From NCBI GenBank assembly GCA_965116175.1, contig OZ220490.1, forward strand, positions 65,466 to 129,465: a stretch of 64,000 bases of DNA. The letters are read 5' to 3'. Origin of the DNA: Bdellovibrionales bacterium (lineage in GTDB: Bacteria; Bdellovibrionota; Bdellovibrionia; Bdellovibrionales; UBA1609). Positions 51,863 to 61,278 of this stretch are shown here, piece after piece; position 1 is the stretch's first letter, and every line of letters starts with the position of its first letter. The notes below the pieces were generated by a model. It had not been told where the DNA came from. It saw nothing but the letters and a program-made list of their open reading frames with translations, and did no database searches. Made by a program: the position numbers and the translations under genes.

Positions 51863-52614
51863 GGTTCAAGACAACTTAAGCCTAATTTGATAGGTGTTAA
51901 GCTGTTGAAATGACTGGAAAAAATAAGTATTTTACCCGTTCCCGCCTTTCTGAGAAGAAATTTAGGGAGATAATCAAGCTGTTTTCAGCGGATTTAACAG
52001 CCCAACAAATCTCTTTGCTTTCCGGTGTTAGCAGAAACTCTATTAATAAAATCTTAAAACATATTAGAATAAAAATGGCTGCAGCTTGTGAAAAAGAAAG
52101 TCCTTTTAATAAAGGTGAAATAGAGATGGATGAAAGTTATTTTGGAGCCAGAAGAATAAGAGGAAAAAAAGGAAGAGGAGCCTATGGTAAAACCCTTGTT
52201 TTTGGCTTAAAAAAAAGAAAAGGTCAAGTCTATACTCAAGTCATTAAAAATTGTTCAAAACAAGAGATTTTGCCTCTGATAACTTCGAAGATTAGTAAAA
52301 GAACAAGAGTCTTTACAGATGGATTTAAGACCTACGATAGTTTAGTAGATTTAGGTTATAAAAAACATTATAGAGTTCATCATGGAAGAGATGAATTTTC
52401 TAAGAAAAAGGGGAGGATAAAGAACCACATAAATGGTATAGAGAACTTTTGGGGTATAGCTAAAGTGAGGCTTTATAAGTTTAGAGGTATGGATAAAAAA
52501 ACTTTTTATTTACACCTAAAAGAATGTGAATTTAGATTTAATCATAGACACGATAATTTATATTTGTTATTATTAAAAATCATCAGAAATAAACCCCTTA
52601 AGTTGTCTTGAATA
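51863..52614 (+). mobile_element. IS1595-family insertion sequence (small IS1016/ISXO2-like type), apparently intact
   Basis: Perfect 16-bp terminal inverted repeats ttcaagacaacttaag (51865-51880) and cttaagttgtcttgaa (52597-52612) flank a single transposase ORF. No target-site duplication is evident. Confidence 0.85.
51910..52611 (+). CDS. IS1595-family (ISXO2-like DDE/DDN) transposase
   Basis: The N-terminus is HTH-like (KFREIIKLFSADLTAQQISLLSGVSRNSINKIL). Catalytic blocks are EMDESYFG, VFTDGFKTYD and HINGIENFWGIAKVRL. Confidence 0.85.
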   Translation: MTGKNKYFTRSRLSEKKFREIIKLFSADLTAQQISLLSGVSRNSINKILKHIRIKMAAACEKESPFNKGEIEMDESYFGARRIRGKKGRGAYGKTLVFGLKKRKGQVYTQVIKNCSKQEILPLITSKISKRTRVFTDGFKTYDSLVDLGYKKHYRVHHGRDEFSKKKGRIKNHINGIENFWGIAKVRLYKFRGMDKKTFYLHLKECEFRFNHRHDNLYLLLLKIIRNKPLKLS

Positions 52615-52904
52615 TAAAATTAAGACGCTTTAGACGCCATTATTCTGCCATTTATTGTGCCACTTTTTCTAAATTACTAGGTTTTCTTTTTATAATCCTA
52701 ATTTTTAAAGCCATTAACAAGTAAGTGGCTATGGTATTACAAAAATAAGAGAGGGAAAGCGAACTAGTGGGGAACTTAGAGGATAGACAACAGCTCCTCC
52801 CTTCTAGGGAGGCATCCTTAATCTTAGAAGAAAATAAATGGCTTGTATTTAAAAATGAATCCATATAGCTTCTGTCTTTAGAAATAAACCCATAAGGATT
52901 TTTT

Positions 52905-53909
52905 ATGAAAAACAAATTACAGAAAAATAAGTTTCAGAAGAAAAAGACAAAACCAGCTTTTAGCCACGATAGATTTTTTAAGAGCTTTTACTCTGATCCA
53001 GAACTAACCAGAGAATTACTTGAACTTATCTTTTCAAAACAAGAAGCTCAAGCTTATAACTTAAACAAGCTAAAAATAGAAAAAGACACTTTTGAAGATA
53101 AAAGAGCTGACCTCATTTTATCTGTTCCACTTAAAACTTGTCCTAAAATCAGATTAAGAGTGTTCATACTTTTAGAACATAAAAGCTCTTATGATAAAAA
53201 TCTCTTTGACCAATTCTTAGATTATCAGGTGTTGCTGCGAAAACTCATTATCCAACAAACAGGCTATCCTCAGCCCATAATTCCTGTGCTTTTTTATCAT
53301 GGGAAAGAGCCTTTCCAGTGGAAAAAAACTCTTCAAGAGGAGGATTTTAAGTCTTTTTTTTCAAAGATTCCTATTGAATCCAGAAAAAATATGCTAAACT
53401 ATGAACCGAAGATAATAAACACTCAAGACCCAAGAATACAAAAAGCTTATAAGGGCAAAAAGTTTAAGGGTTATGGTGTTATAAAGCTGTTGTCTGAGAT
53501 ATGGAGTTTAAAGAAGAAGATCACTCCGTTAAAAGTAACAGATGCTTATGCTGGGTTTGAGGATGTATTAAAAGGATTAAAGGGACAGGAGAGAAAGACC
53601 GCAGAGTTAAGAATACTGGAATATTTGAATGATAATACAGATTTAGATTTAAAGATGTGGTTGCAAGCTGAAAAGCGGCTTATAGAAAAGGGGATATTAA
53701 AACAAGGAGGACTTATGCAAGATGTAAGAGAAATTATTAAAGAGAAAGGCCGTTGGGAAGGCCGGAAGGAAGGCATAAAGGAAGGCATAAAGGAAGGCCA
53801 AAATCAAGTTATTTTAAACATGCTGAAAGAAAAAGCGGATATTGCTTTCATTTCCAAAGTGACAGGCTTATCTGAAAAAGCAATTAGAAAACTAAAAAAC
53901 GGTTCTTAA
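52905..53909 (+). CDS. Rpn-family recombination-promoting nuclease / putative transposase (PD-(D/E)XK, YhgA-like)
   Basis: Contains FSHDRFFKSFYSDPELTRELLELIF, RADLILSV and VFILLEHKS. The C-terminus is helical with a repeated (GRKEGIKEGIKEG) motif. Confidence 0.75.
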   Translation: MKNKLQKNKFQKKKTKPAFSHDRFFKSFYSDPELTRELLELIFSKQEAQAYNLNKLKIEKDTFEDKRADLILSVPLKTCPKIRLRVFILLEHKSSYDKNLFDQFLDYQVLLRKLIIQQTGYPQPIIPVLFYHGKEPFQWKKTLQEEDFKSFFSKIPIESRKNMLNYEPKIINTQDPRIQKAYKGKKFKGYGVIKLLSEIWSLKKKITPLKVTDAYAGFEDVLKGLKGQERKTAELRILEYLNDNTDLDLKMWLQAEKRLIEKGILKQGGLMQDVREIIKEKGRWEGRKEGIKEGIKEGQNQVILNMLKEKADIAFISKVTGLSEKAIRKLKNGS

Positions 53910-54045
53910 CGCCTTCACTTTCCCTTTCAATCATCTTTTGGATTAACAGTCCAGTTATCCCTTTTAAGTCTATTTGTTTTCCAATATAAAGGTTGAAGAT
54001 TATCAAGTTCATCTCCTCCCCCTTTCGCTACAGGTTTTATATAGT

Positions 54046-54265
54046 TGTTTAGTTGCAGGTGAAGCTGAGGTAATGTAAGGTTTCATATTAAGGTGTGCCT
54101 CTATTGATGCCGTATCTCTTGGCTAGTTGAGTTATGCTCTCTTTACTATTTTGTATTTTTCTACAAGCTGCCGGCGTTGTGCTGGTGCTTGGCTGGAGTA
54201 TTTGTCCCATAATTTCTCCTTTGTTTTCTCACCTTTATATATTCATCCTCTCCTGCAACTAAACA
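54046..54265. mobile_element. Miniature IS relic: 14-bp inverted repeats enclosing a transposase HTH fragment
   Basis: tgtttagttgcagg (54046-54059) and cctgcaactaaaca (54252-54265) form the repeats. The enclosed minus-strand mini-ORF (54088-54210) encodes MGQILQPSTSTTPAACRKIQNSKESITQLAKRYGINRGTP, an IS481/IS3-like N-terminal HTH. Confidence 0.55.
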
Positions 54266-54311
54266 TCTAGTCAATTAAGGGGCTAAAGCGCAAAAAATAA
54301 TCTTCATTTTC

Positions 54312-54659
54312 TTGACATTTTTAAGTGAGGTGGTTCATTATATTTATAATGAGCAGAGCAGAGCAGAGCAGAGCAGAGCAGAGCAGAGCAGAGCAGAGCA
54401 GAGGCGTCTTTTTTTCAAAAAAACCTTAAAAGTCTTTAGCTTTGTTGGCCTCCCGCTTTTTTTTCTAAGACCACCTAAACTTCAAAGTCCTTTTCAAAAC
54501 TTAAGTGTAGATAATTTGATTTTACAAAAAGCACACGCAAGCTGTGTTAATGGAAGTGTAAAAAGTGAATGTGCAGGGCCGGCTATGGATTACCATATGT
54601 GTGTTAACGGGGGATGGGTATACTACTTTTCTGATTATAATCATCAGCATTGTTGTTAA
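54312..54659 (+). CDS. Small Cys-rich hypothetical protein; start uncertain; 5' end contains a pentanucleotide repeat
   Basis: The 115-aa ORF has a TTG start. It has a hydrophobic segment (VFSFVGLPLFFL) and 5 Cys in the C-terminal 50 aa (ending HCC). The only nearby ATG (54349) is out of frame at the present repeat number. Confidence 0.35.
   Translation: MTFLSEVVHYIYNEQSRAEQSRAEQSRAEQRRLFFKKTLKVFSFVGLPLFFLRPPKLQSPFQNLSVDNLILQKAHASCVNGSVKSECAGPAMDYHMCVNGGWVYYFSDYNHQHCC
54351..54403. repeat. Simple sequence repeat (GAGCA)10 plus GAG
   Basis: Ten perfect 5-nt units were counted directly in the sequence, at 54351-54400. Confidence 0.95.
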
Positions 54660-54734
54660 AGTTTTGTGGCCACTTGGCCGATAAGATAATATCAGTCTTT
54701 CCAATGGAAACAGGAGTCCTTTACTAAAGGTAAC

Positions 54735-54990
54735 AATAAAATTTTATACAGGAGTTCCATCTAAGAAAAGAAATCCTTACTGGAATAAGTTTTGGAGTAA
54801 AAAGTTAGCTATTCTTGGAACAAGTGAATTTAGTAAAAGTCTTTACCAGAAAAACACAATTAAGAGAAAAAATCATATTTCTTGAAGGGAAAAAGCATCA
54901 AATCAAATTTGATTTTGAGAAAGGCATTGATACAAGAATTACGATTGATATTGTAAGAGATGCATTAGGTCAAAAGGTAAATACTTGATA
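54735..54990 (+). pseudogene. Possible NYN/LabA-like domain gene remnant (frameshifted, truncated)
   Basis: The fragments are KFYTGVPSKKRNPYWNKFW and, in another frame, EGKKHQIKFDFEKGIDTRITIDIVRDALGQK. The latter resembles the NYN block EKGVDv.la.Dm...A. Stops interrupt the sequence. Confidence 0.3.
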
Positions 54991-55127
54991 CATAGTTGAC
55001 ATTTTATACTGGAAACATGGTTTACACTTTTTTAAATAAGATTAATAAAAAGACTTGTCCCTTTTGTGGAATTTGACATTAACTAAGGCGGTGACAAACC
55101 GTGACAGTAAGATCTCTATAAAACAAA

Positions 55128-55886
55128 TTAGCCTGAATTTTTATTACTGTCCATCATCTCTACAAAGGGTTTAAAGAGATCAATCGGTATAGGGAGCACA
55201 ATAGTTTGTTTTCCCTCTCCTGTCACTTCCTGTAAGGCCTGCAAATAAGCCAATTGTAAGGCCGAAGGGCTTTGTGAAATAATTTGAGCGGCCTGTTTAA
55301 GTTTTTCGGCTCTTTGAAACTCCCCTTCAGCATTGATCACTTTGGCCCGTCTTTCCCTTTCAGCCTCTGCCTGTTTGGCCATAGCTCTTTGCATTTCCTG
55401 AGGGAGATCAATATGTTTGACTTCTACAACAGATACTTTAATGCCCCAAGGCTCTGTGGCTTTATCCAGTATCTCCTGCAAAGTGTGGTTGATTTTGTCC
55501 CTGCTGGAAAGCAGATCATCCATTTCATATTGGCCTAAAACAGAACGCAATGTGGTTTGCGCCAGCTGACTGGTGGCAAAAAAGAAATCTTCAACCTGTG
55601 TGACAGCCTTTTCCGCATCAACAACACGGAAGTAAATGACAGCGTTTACTTTCATACTGACATTGTCAAGGGTGATAACATCTTGTGGTTTAATATCCAT
55701 TGTGACAGTTCTAGTGTCCACACGCAAAATTCTTTCCACGCCGGGGATGAGAACAATTAAACCCGGACCTCTTACTCCCACAGAACGACCGAACCTTAAA
55801 ACAACTCCTCTTTCCCATTCTGGTAAAATTTTGATAATAGTAAAAAGAGCAAAAACAAGAAAACCGAGAACATAGAGCATCCACAT
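55128..55886 (-). CDS. SPFH/band-7 (stomatin-like, slipin) family membrane protein
   Basis: An N-terminal TM helix precedes [12 protein letters not shown] and the SPFH core. The C-terminus is an A/E-rich coiled region ([16 protein letters not shown]). Confidence 0.88.
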   Translation of the reverse strand: MWMLYVLGFLVFALFTIIKILPEWERGVVLRFGRSVGVRGPGLIVLIPGVERILRVDTRTVTMDIKPQDVITLDNVSMKVNAVIYFRVVDAEKAVTQVEDFFFATSQLAQTTLRSVLGQYEMDDLLSSRDKINHTLQEILDKATEPWGIKVSVVEVKHIDLPQEMQRAMAKQAEAERERRAKVINAEGEFQRAEKLKQAAQIISQSPSALQLAYLQALQEVTGEGKQTIVLPIPIDLFKPFVEMMDSNKNSG

Positions 55887-56086
55887 AATTAACCTCCCTA
55901 AAGTGATGAGACCCGATAAGCTTAGTTTATTTTTTCAGCCGGCTCAAGTCTTTTCTGTATTGTTTTAATTCTCATTGGAAAATTTATCATTTATTGCCAA
56001 TCCTTGAAAATTGGGTTTTATAAAAAAACAGAATAAACCAAAAACTTGAATAAAATCAGTATAAAAACCATTCTGTGTCCAGAGTT

Positions 56087-56494
56087 TTAAATGTCCTCTT
56101 CAATTTTCTCCACTATCAGACTCATTTTTTTATATTTGATCACTTTAACAAGATATCCCACTTTAAGAGCTTTCTTACTGCGGAATTTCCAGTTTTCACC
56201 ATAGATGCTGATCCATCCTTTTTTTCCAAAGTCATCCAGTAATTTTACTACTTCTCCCTCCTGTCCAAGGACAGTTCCCATTGCGGTTATGTTCTTTTTC
56301 ATACGGAGGGTTTGAACTGTCAAATAAATTAATCCAAGGATTAAAAGAACTGTAATAATGACAGTGAGTAATACAAGAGATATAGAAACAAAACCTCTAT
56401 TATCCAGATAATCATAAATGTAAAGGCTTTGGAATACAAGAGAAATGAACTCTCCAAAACCCATCACTTTTAATTGAGAAAAAACCACTTCCAT
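56087..56494 (-). CDS. NfeD-family membrane protein (OB-fold C-terminus), partner of the SPFH protein
   Basis: Two TM helices are followed by GQEGEVVKLLDDFGKKGWISIYGENWKFRS...VGYLVKV. The gene is adjacent to the SPFH gene. Confidence 0.75.
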   Translation of the reverse strand: MEVVFSQLKVMGFGEFISLVFQSLYIYDYLDNRGFVSISLVLLTVIITVLLILGLIYLTVQTLRMKKNITAMGTVLGQEGEVVKLLDDFGKKGWISIYGENWKFRSKKALKVGYLVKVIKYKKMSLIVEKIEEDI

Positions 56495-56678
56495 AAAAAA
56501 CCTTTTGATTAAAACTTTTATTGGCTTTGTTTAGCTCTTTACCTGATATTTTAATGGTTTCTTATTTTATATACAAGGCCGTTTAAAATATAATCCTTTT
56601 CTAACAAAGACAAAATAAAGCAACATACAAACTAAAAATGTTCATTTTCCAACAGGCTTAATAATAAAAACAATAAAC

Positions 56679-57182
56679 CTATACTCCTGAAACCTTTTTC
56701 CACTGTTTAAGTTTTGTCCAAACTTGTTTTTTCCTATTTATAATTTCCGGTGAATTTCCGTCAAGCTCTTCTAAAGAGAAAAGCTGTAAAAAAGAAGATG
56801 ATTCTTGCCCTAAAGGGCTTTTTTGGTTTTCAGAAGTCAAAAGAGGTGTTTGTTCTGTTAAAAGATCTTTTTTAACAAACTCTTCCCCTCCAAAAAAGAT
56901 GATAGAGTCAGCCAAAGATTCTTTACAGGAAAGCAGTTGAGCCAAAACCTTATTGTCTTTTATTTCCAAAAAGCTGAACTCAAAAACATCTATGGAAGCC
57001 ATAATTTTTTTGAGCAAGGCTTTTTGAGATGAGGAGGGAGGTTTAAAAACAACAATTAAAATTAGACAGGGCAGCCCCCCCTTAAGTGCTCGCAAAGAAT
57101 AAACAGGTTTAGGGCATAAGTAATTTTTTATGCCCAAAACTTCGGACAAATAACTTGTTTTAAAAGAGGAGGTATTTTTCAT
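56679..57182 (-). CDS. Hypothetical protein
   Basis: 167-aa ORF with no motif I can name confidently. Confidence 0.4.
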   Translation of the reverse strand: MKNTSSFKTSYLSEVLGIKNYLCPKPVYSLRALKGGLPCLILIVVFKPPSSSQKALLKKIMASIDVFEFSFLEIKDNKVLAQLLSCKESLADSIIFFGGEEFVKKDLLTEQTPLLTSENQKSPLGQESSSFLQLFSLEELDGNSPEIINRKKQVWTKLKQWKKVSGV

Positions 57183-57315
57183 ATTGGGTTTTTAAGTCTA
57201 TCAAAATAAGAAAAAACCGCTTACGGTCAATAAAACTTAAATATAACTCTGTTTTAGAGTCAACTTTAAGTTCATGTGAATTTAGATTTCTATTCTGACC
57301 CCCAATTCAACTAGA

Positions 57316-57549
57316 CAACTCGATCCATCAATTTCCTGTATTCTGCAGGGCTTTTCATACCCCATCCAGAATGAGGAGCCACATTATTATAATCTCCAAT
57401 TCATTTCTTAAATAATTTCATGACTGTCTAAGCATCCTTACAATCTGATGTATAAACATAATCCCTCTTTATTGTCGCTACAAAAGCCTCTGACATACCA
57501 TTAGACTCCGGCGTGTAAGGAGCTGTAAAACAACTCTTTAAACCTAAAT
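57316..57549 (-). pseudogene. IS3-family transposase (OrfB) C-terminal remnant
   Basis: Minus-strand translation gives LGLKSCFTAPYTPESNGMSEAFVATIKRDYVY...(stop)...IGDYNNVAPHSGWGMKSPAEYRKL, the canonical IS3 DDE C-terminal region broken by two stops. An adjacent ~25-nt piece (57265-57290) matches the IS1595 transposase KECEFRF region. Confidence 0.75.
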
Positions 57550-57972
57550 GTTTATATAGAAATTAAATTCCTCACCTTCAGGCTTTCTGTCCAGTTTAAA
57601 CTTAAATCTTAAGAAAAACTTTATTTTTTAAGAGTAAAGACTGATAATGCTTCTTATAAGTTTTATTTGCATTTTTTAGTGATTGGTTAAAAGGAAAGTG
57701 TAAGTGAATATACCAAGTCTTGTTTAAATTTTGAGGATTTTGCATAAGTGACCCCCCCTAACCCAATCATCAGTTTGATCACAAATTCAGGAATTTTCAA
57801 ACTTGAACCCAGGGGGACAGTTTTAAAATTTTTGGAAAATCCATGATAAAGTTGCTGAAAAATTACAATTTGTAATTTTTATAAATCTTATATGAAATTT
57901 TTGGATTTTTATTAAAAGGGCGCGGATAAAAATTTAAACAGAATGACTATAATTTGTTTAAAGGGTTTATGA

Positions 57973-60090
57973 ATGAAAAAATTTTTGTTTAGTATCAGAT
58001 TTTTTAGATATTTATCTTTAACAGGATTTGTTTTTTTCCATTTGTTTTTTACACTCTCTGCCGGCACTGCTGGAGAAGATGATAAATTTCATATATGTTT
58101 TTTTGAATTGGATAACACAGTAACAGGTGACAATTTTGAGAAACAAAATAAGAATTCTAACAGAGTTGTCCATCGTTATAAAATCAACAAAGGGGAAAGC
58201 GGTAAAGGGGCTGTTAAACGAATGATTGAATCAGGCCGGAAATGTGATGGGCTTGTTTTTTCTGGCCATCACACCGGGGACTGGTTTGGTGATACAGGGG
58301 TTGTGCAGTTAAAAGACCTGGAAGAGTTTTCCTGTAATCCAAAATACAGAAACTGGTTTGAAAATATTAAAATGCTTTGGTTGGATGGCTGTAATACAGC
58401 AACAGATAATTTTATTCAGTCTAAAGGTATAATTAAAACTCCTGATTCAGAGGCAGTGAGGCTATTGGGAAAAGGACTTAAAGACAAAACAAAGTTAAAT
58501 AAAGATTATATAGGGTATTTTCAACAGACCTATTCAGCTGTTTTGGATGAAAACACGCCTTTTAGCTCTTATTACTTAAGGATGTTTCCTAACACTGAAA
58601 TCTACGCTTTTAATGATACAGCTCCATCGGGAAAACAGCTTTATGGACGCAGTTATCAAGCGGATCATTTGGCAAAACTGGGGGAGGCTATCCTGGCAGA
58701 AATAGCTGCAAATAAAACAAATGAACAAGTTGCTGTGGCAGTTGCAGCTTTATCTGAAGAGGATTGTGATACGTTGAATATTTGGGAACAGATGAATGAT
58801 CAGACAAGAGTAGAAGCTATAAAAAACAAAGATTACAAAAAGGCTCATAAACTGGGCTGTGATTTAATTTTAGCCAAGCGGGTTTTAGATGACCCTACAT
58901 CCACTGAAGCGCAAAGCGCCTTGGCTGAGCAAATTGTAAATGATCCCAAATATATAAATAATAGGGAGATTTTAGAGCTGGCAAATAAAATTTTAAATGA
59001 AACTGATCCGAAAGATAAGAACAACTCTGAGTTTAAAGATAAGGCTGTTAAATTGGCAAAACAGTTAGTTGTTGACACTCTAAAAGCTATTAATGAAGCT
59101 GATTTAAGTCCTGGAGGAGGAAATAAAAAATATTTTCATCTTCTTTTTAACAATCTTTATGAAACATGGAATACAGCAAAAAAATATAAAAATAAAGATG
59201 TTAATTTTGTTTGCCCGAAAGCTTCAGCAGATGAAAATCAGACTGACTTTTTCTGTCAGGTGAAATCTCAATTTCAGGCCCCCGGTTTTACAAGCTCTAT
59301 TGAGGAAAGAATTGAATCCCCTTATACCGCTTCTTTAAAAAAGGGAAGCTATATCAAATTTTATACTGACATTCATGATGTGGATTTAAACAGCGAAAGT
59401 GATAAAGCAAAATTTGTTAAAGAGCGTGTCAGAGAATTGTTTAAAAAAGCTCAAGCTGTTTTTCCGGATTTAAAGTCACCCAGAAAACTAAATTTGGACC
59501 TTGATACAAAAAGAGCCTTGGCTGTTTCTATAGCGGATCAATTGCTTCAATATAATTTGTTGAACAAAGATCAAATAAACAAGCTTAAGGCAAATAAAAA
59601 ATTATTTCCAACAGGGACAAAAAATCCTTTTCTTGTGCATGTTCAAACAAGCTTGGATTTTAAAGGCAAGTCTTCTGATGTTATTGTTGATTCTGTCAAG
59701 GGGCAGACGGCTCATTCTTTAAGAAAGAGAAGTGGGATACGCACAGGGGCGGCAATCTTTTTCAGGAATGGAGATAAACAGAGTCTTGCGAAGCTGGCTA
59801 ATGCTGTATCTCTAGGGGAACTTGTTGAATCAACAGATAGCTATGCTTTTGTTAAAACTTTACATGATCATCTTGCCGACAAAACAGATGAAGATAAAAT
59901 TGATATTTTATTTAACCTCAGCCGGAATACAAAACAAAATCTGGAGATGTTGATTTTAAGTTATGCCAACTGCAACTTGTCTGACAATAAATCAAAACAA
60001 GATCTGTTAAAGCAAAAGCTCTTTGATAAAATAACGGATGAAACACACAATTATAAAGTTCTGCTGACAATTTCTTGTCCCACAAAGTAA
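57973..60090 (+). CDS. Secreted protein, paralogue of the 12367..15021 N-terminal domain (caspase-like His/Cys arrangement) plus a helical C-terminal region
   Basis: It has a signal peptide. KCDGLVFSGHHTGDWFGDTG and KMLWLDGCNTAT align with QCDILIVSGHFGGIFFGDSG and EIFLFGCNTLA of the paralogue. Confidence 0.6.
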   Translation: MKKFLFSIRFFRYLSLTGFVFFHLFFTLSAGTAGEDDKFHICFFELDNTVTGDNFEKQNKNSNRVVHRYKINKGESGKGAVKRMIESGRKCDGLVFSGHHTGDWFGDTGVVQLKDLEEFSCNPKYRNWFENIKMLWLDGCNTATDNFIQSKGIIKTPDSEAVRLLGKGLKDKTKLNKDYIGYFQQTYSAVLDENTPFSSYYLRMFPNTEIYAFNDTAPSGKQLYGRSYQADHLAKLGEAILAEIAANKTNEQVAVAVAALSEEDCDTLNIWEQMNDQTRVEAIKNKDYKKAHKLGCDLILAKRVLDDPTSTEAQSALAEQIVNDPKYINNREILELANKILNETDPKDKNNSEFKDKAVKLAKQLVVDTLKAINEADLSPGGGNKKYFHLLFNNLYETWNTAKKYKNKDVNFVCPKASADENQTDFFCQVKSQFQAPGFTSSIEERIESPYTASLKKGSYIKFYTDIHDVDLNSESDKAKFVKERVRELFKKAQAVFPDLKSPRKLNLDLDTKRALAVSIADQLLQYNLLNKDQINKLKANKKLFPTGTKNPFLVHVQTSLDFKGKSSDVIVDSVKGQTAHSLRKRSGIRTGAAIFFRNGDKQSLAKLANAVSLGELVESTDSYAFVKTLHDHLADKTDEDKIDILFNLSRNTKQNLEMLILSYANCNLSDNKSKQDLLKQKLFDKITDETHNYKVLLTISCPTK

Positions 60091-60141
60091 TTGGTTTTTA
60101 ATGGTGTTGGAGTTTTTGCAAAAGTGAAGTTTAAAATTTTT

Positions 60142-61278
60142 TTATGTCTTTCTTTCAAATAGGGTTTCAAATAAAAATCCGGATGATTCCAAGGCTGTAA
60201 TTTTATAAATTCCTTTAAGGACTCTTAACCCTTCTCTTTTTTCCAAAATGATCAGCCCATTAAGGCTTGAAAAAATCAGCTTTTGTATAGTGGAGCTTTG
60301 CCATTGGGGGGCGCCCATCTGAGCTAAAGTTTCCATTTTCCATAGAGCTTGTTTGTGACTGTTCCCATGAAGAGTTCCAATACTTCCCCTATGGCCTGTG
60401 GCAAGAGCCAGGAGAAGATCCTTAGCTTCTTCCCCCCGAACTTCCCCCATAACAATTCTATCAGGTCTTAGCCTTAAGCTTTGCCGGACCAGACTCTGTT
60501 GGTCAATTAAAGCTTTTGAGCTTTCCGGATGAGTTTGGCTTAAAAGTTTGGTACTGGTTTTATTGGGCAGGACAATTTCATCTATGTCTTCAATACTGAT
60601 AATTCTTTCATTGTTTTGTGCTTCTTGCAGACAGGCATTTAAGACAGAGGTTTTTCCTGAGCTTGTTGATCCTACAATTAGAAAATTGAGCTTGTTGTGA
60701 ACAAATTGCCGGACTATATCAATAGCTGTTTGAGGGGCCCAATTTTGTTTTTCCAGTTTTTCAAAAGTCCAAAGGCTTTTAGGATGCCTTCTTAAACAGA
60801 TATGAAAGTCCTCTTTAACTATGGGTGGACATAAAATATGCACACGGAAAGGCCCCCACTTTCCCTCATTGAAAGGTTTTTTTAAGTTTACTGTGATTTT
60901 GGCCTGTGTCCCTATTTTTTCCACAATATTATAAAAAGTTACTTTTGATAAAAAGCCATCTTTCATTTTTAGGATTCTTCCATATTTTTCATAAAAGATA
61001 TGATCTTTGCCATTGATAATGATCTCATTTATGTCTGATTCGTTTAAAATGGAATCCAGGGGGCCAAAGCTTGAAAATTCAGACAAAATTCTTTGTTTAT
61101 TTTCTTGTGAACTGTTTTCATTGATGATTTTTTGTATGATTTTATCTTTGGTTTTTTCCTGTTGTGGGTTGATAGATAAATCCTTATTGCTCAGCAGGCT
61201 GTTTTGAAAAAGATAGAGAATATTTTCAAACTCTTTGGATAAACTTTGTTTACTTTGATTGCAATTAAGATTCTTCAT
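60142..61278 (-). CDS. CpaF/TadA-type secretion ATPase (type II/IV secretion NTPase family)
   Basis: Walker A is VGSTSSGKTS. Walker B region is PDRIVMGEVRGEEA. His box is ATGHRGSIGTLHGNS. The start overlaps the upstream secretin stop (ATGA). Confidence 0.85.
   Translation of the reverse strand: MKNLNCNQSKQSLSKEFENILYLFQNSLLSNKDLSINPQQEKTKDKIIQKIINENSSQENKQRILSEFSSFGPLDSILNESDINEIIINGKDHIFYEKYGRILKMKDGFLSKVTFYNIVEKIGTQAKITVNLKKPFNEGKWGPFRVHILCPPIVKEDFHICLRRHPKSLWTFEKLEKQNWAPQTAIDIVRQFVHNKLNFLIVGSTSSGKTSVLNACLQEAQNNERIISIEDIDEIVLPNKTSTKLLSQTHPESSKALIDQQSLVRQSLRLRPDRIVMGEVRGEEAKDLLLALATGHRGSIGTLHGNSHKQALWKMETLAQMGAPQWQSSTIQKLIFSSLNGLIILEKREGLRVLKGIYKITALESSGFLFETLFERKT

Noticed and set aside
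52652-52915. 87-aa minus-strand ORF between the IS1595 element and the Rpn-family gene.
   Set aside because: It has no recognisable motif or start context, its start overlaps the start of the Rpn gene, and it lies in likely promoter DNA. It was treated as a chance ORF.
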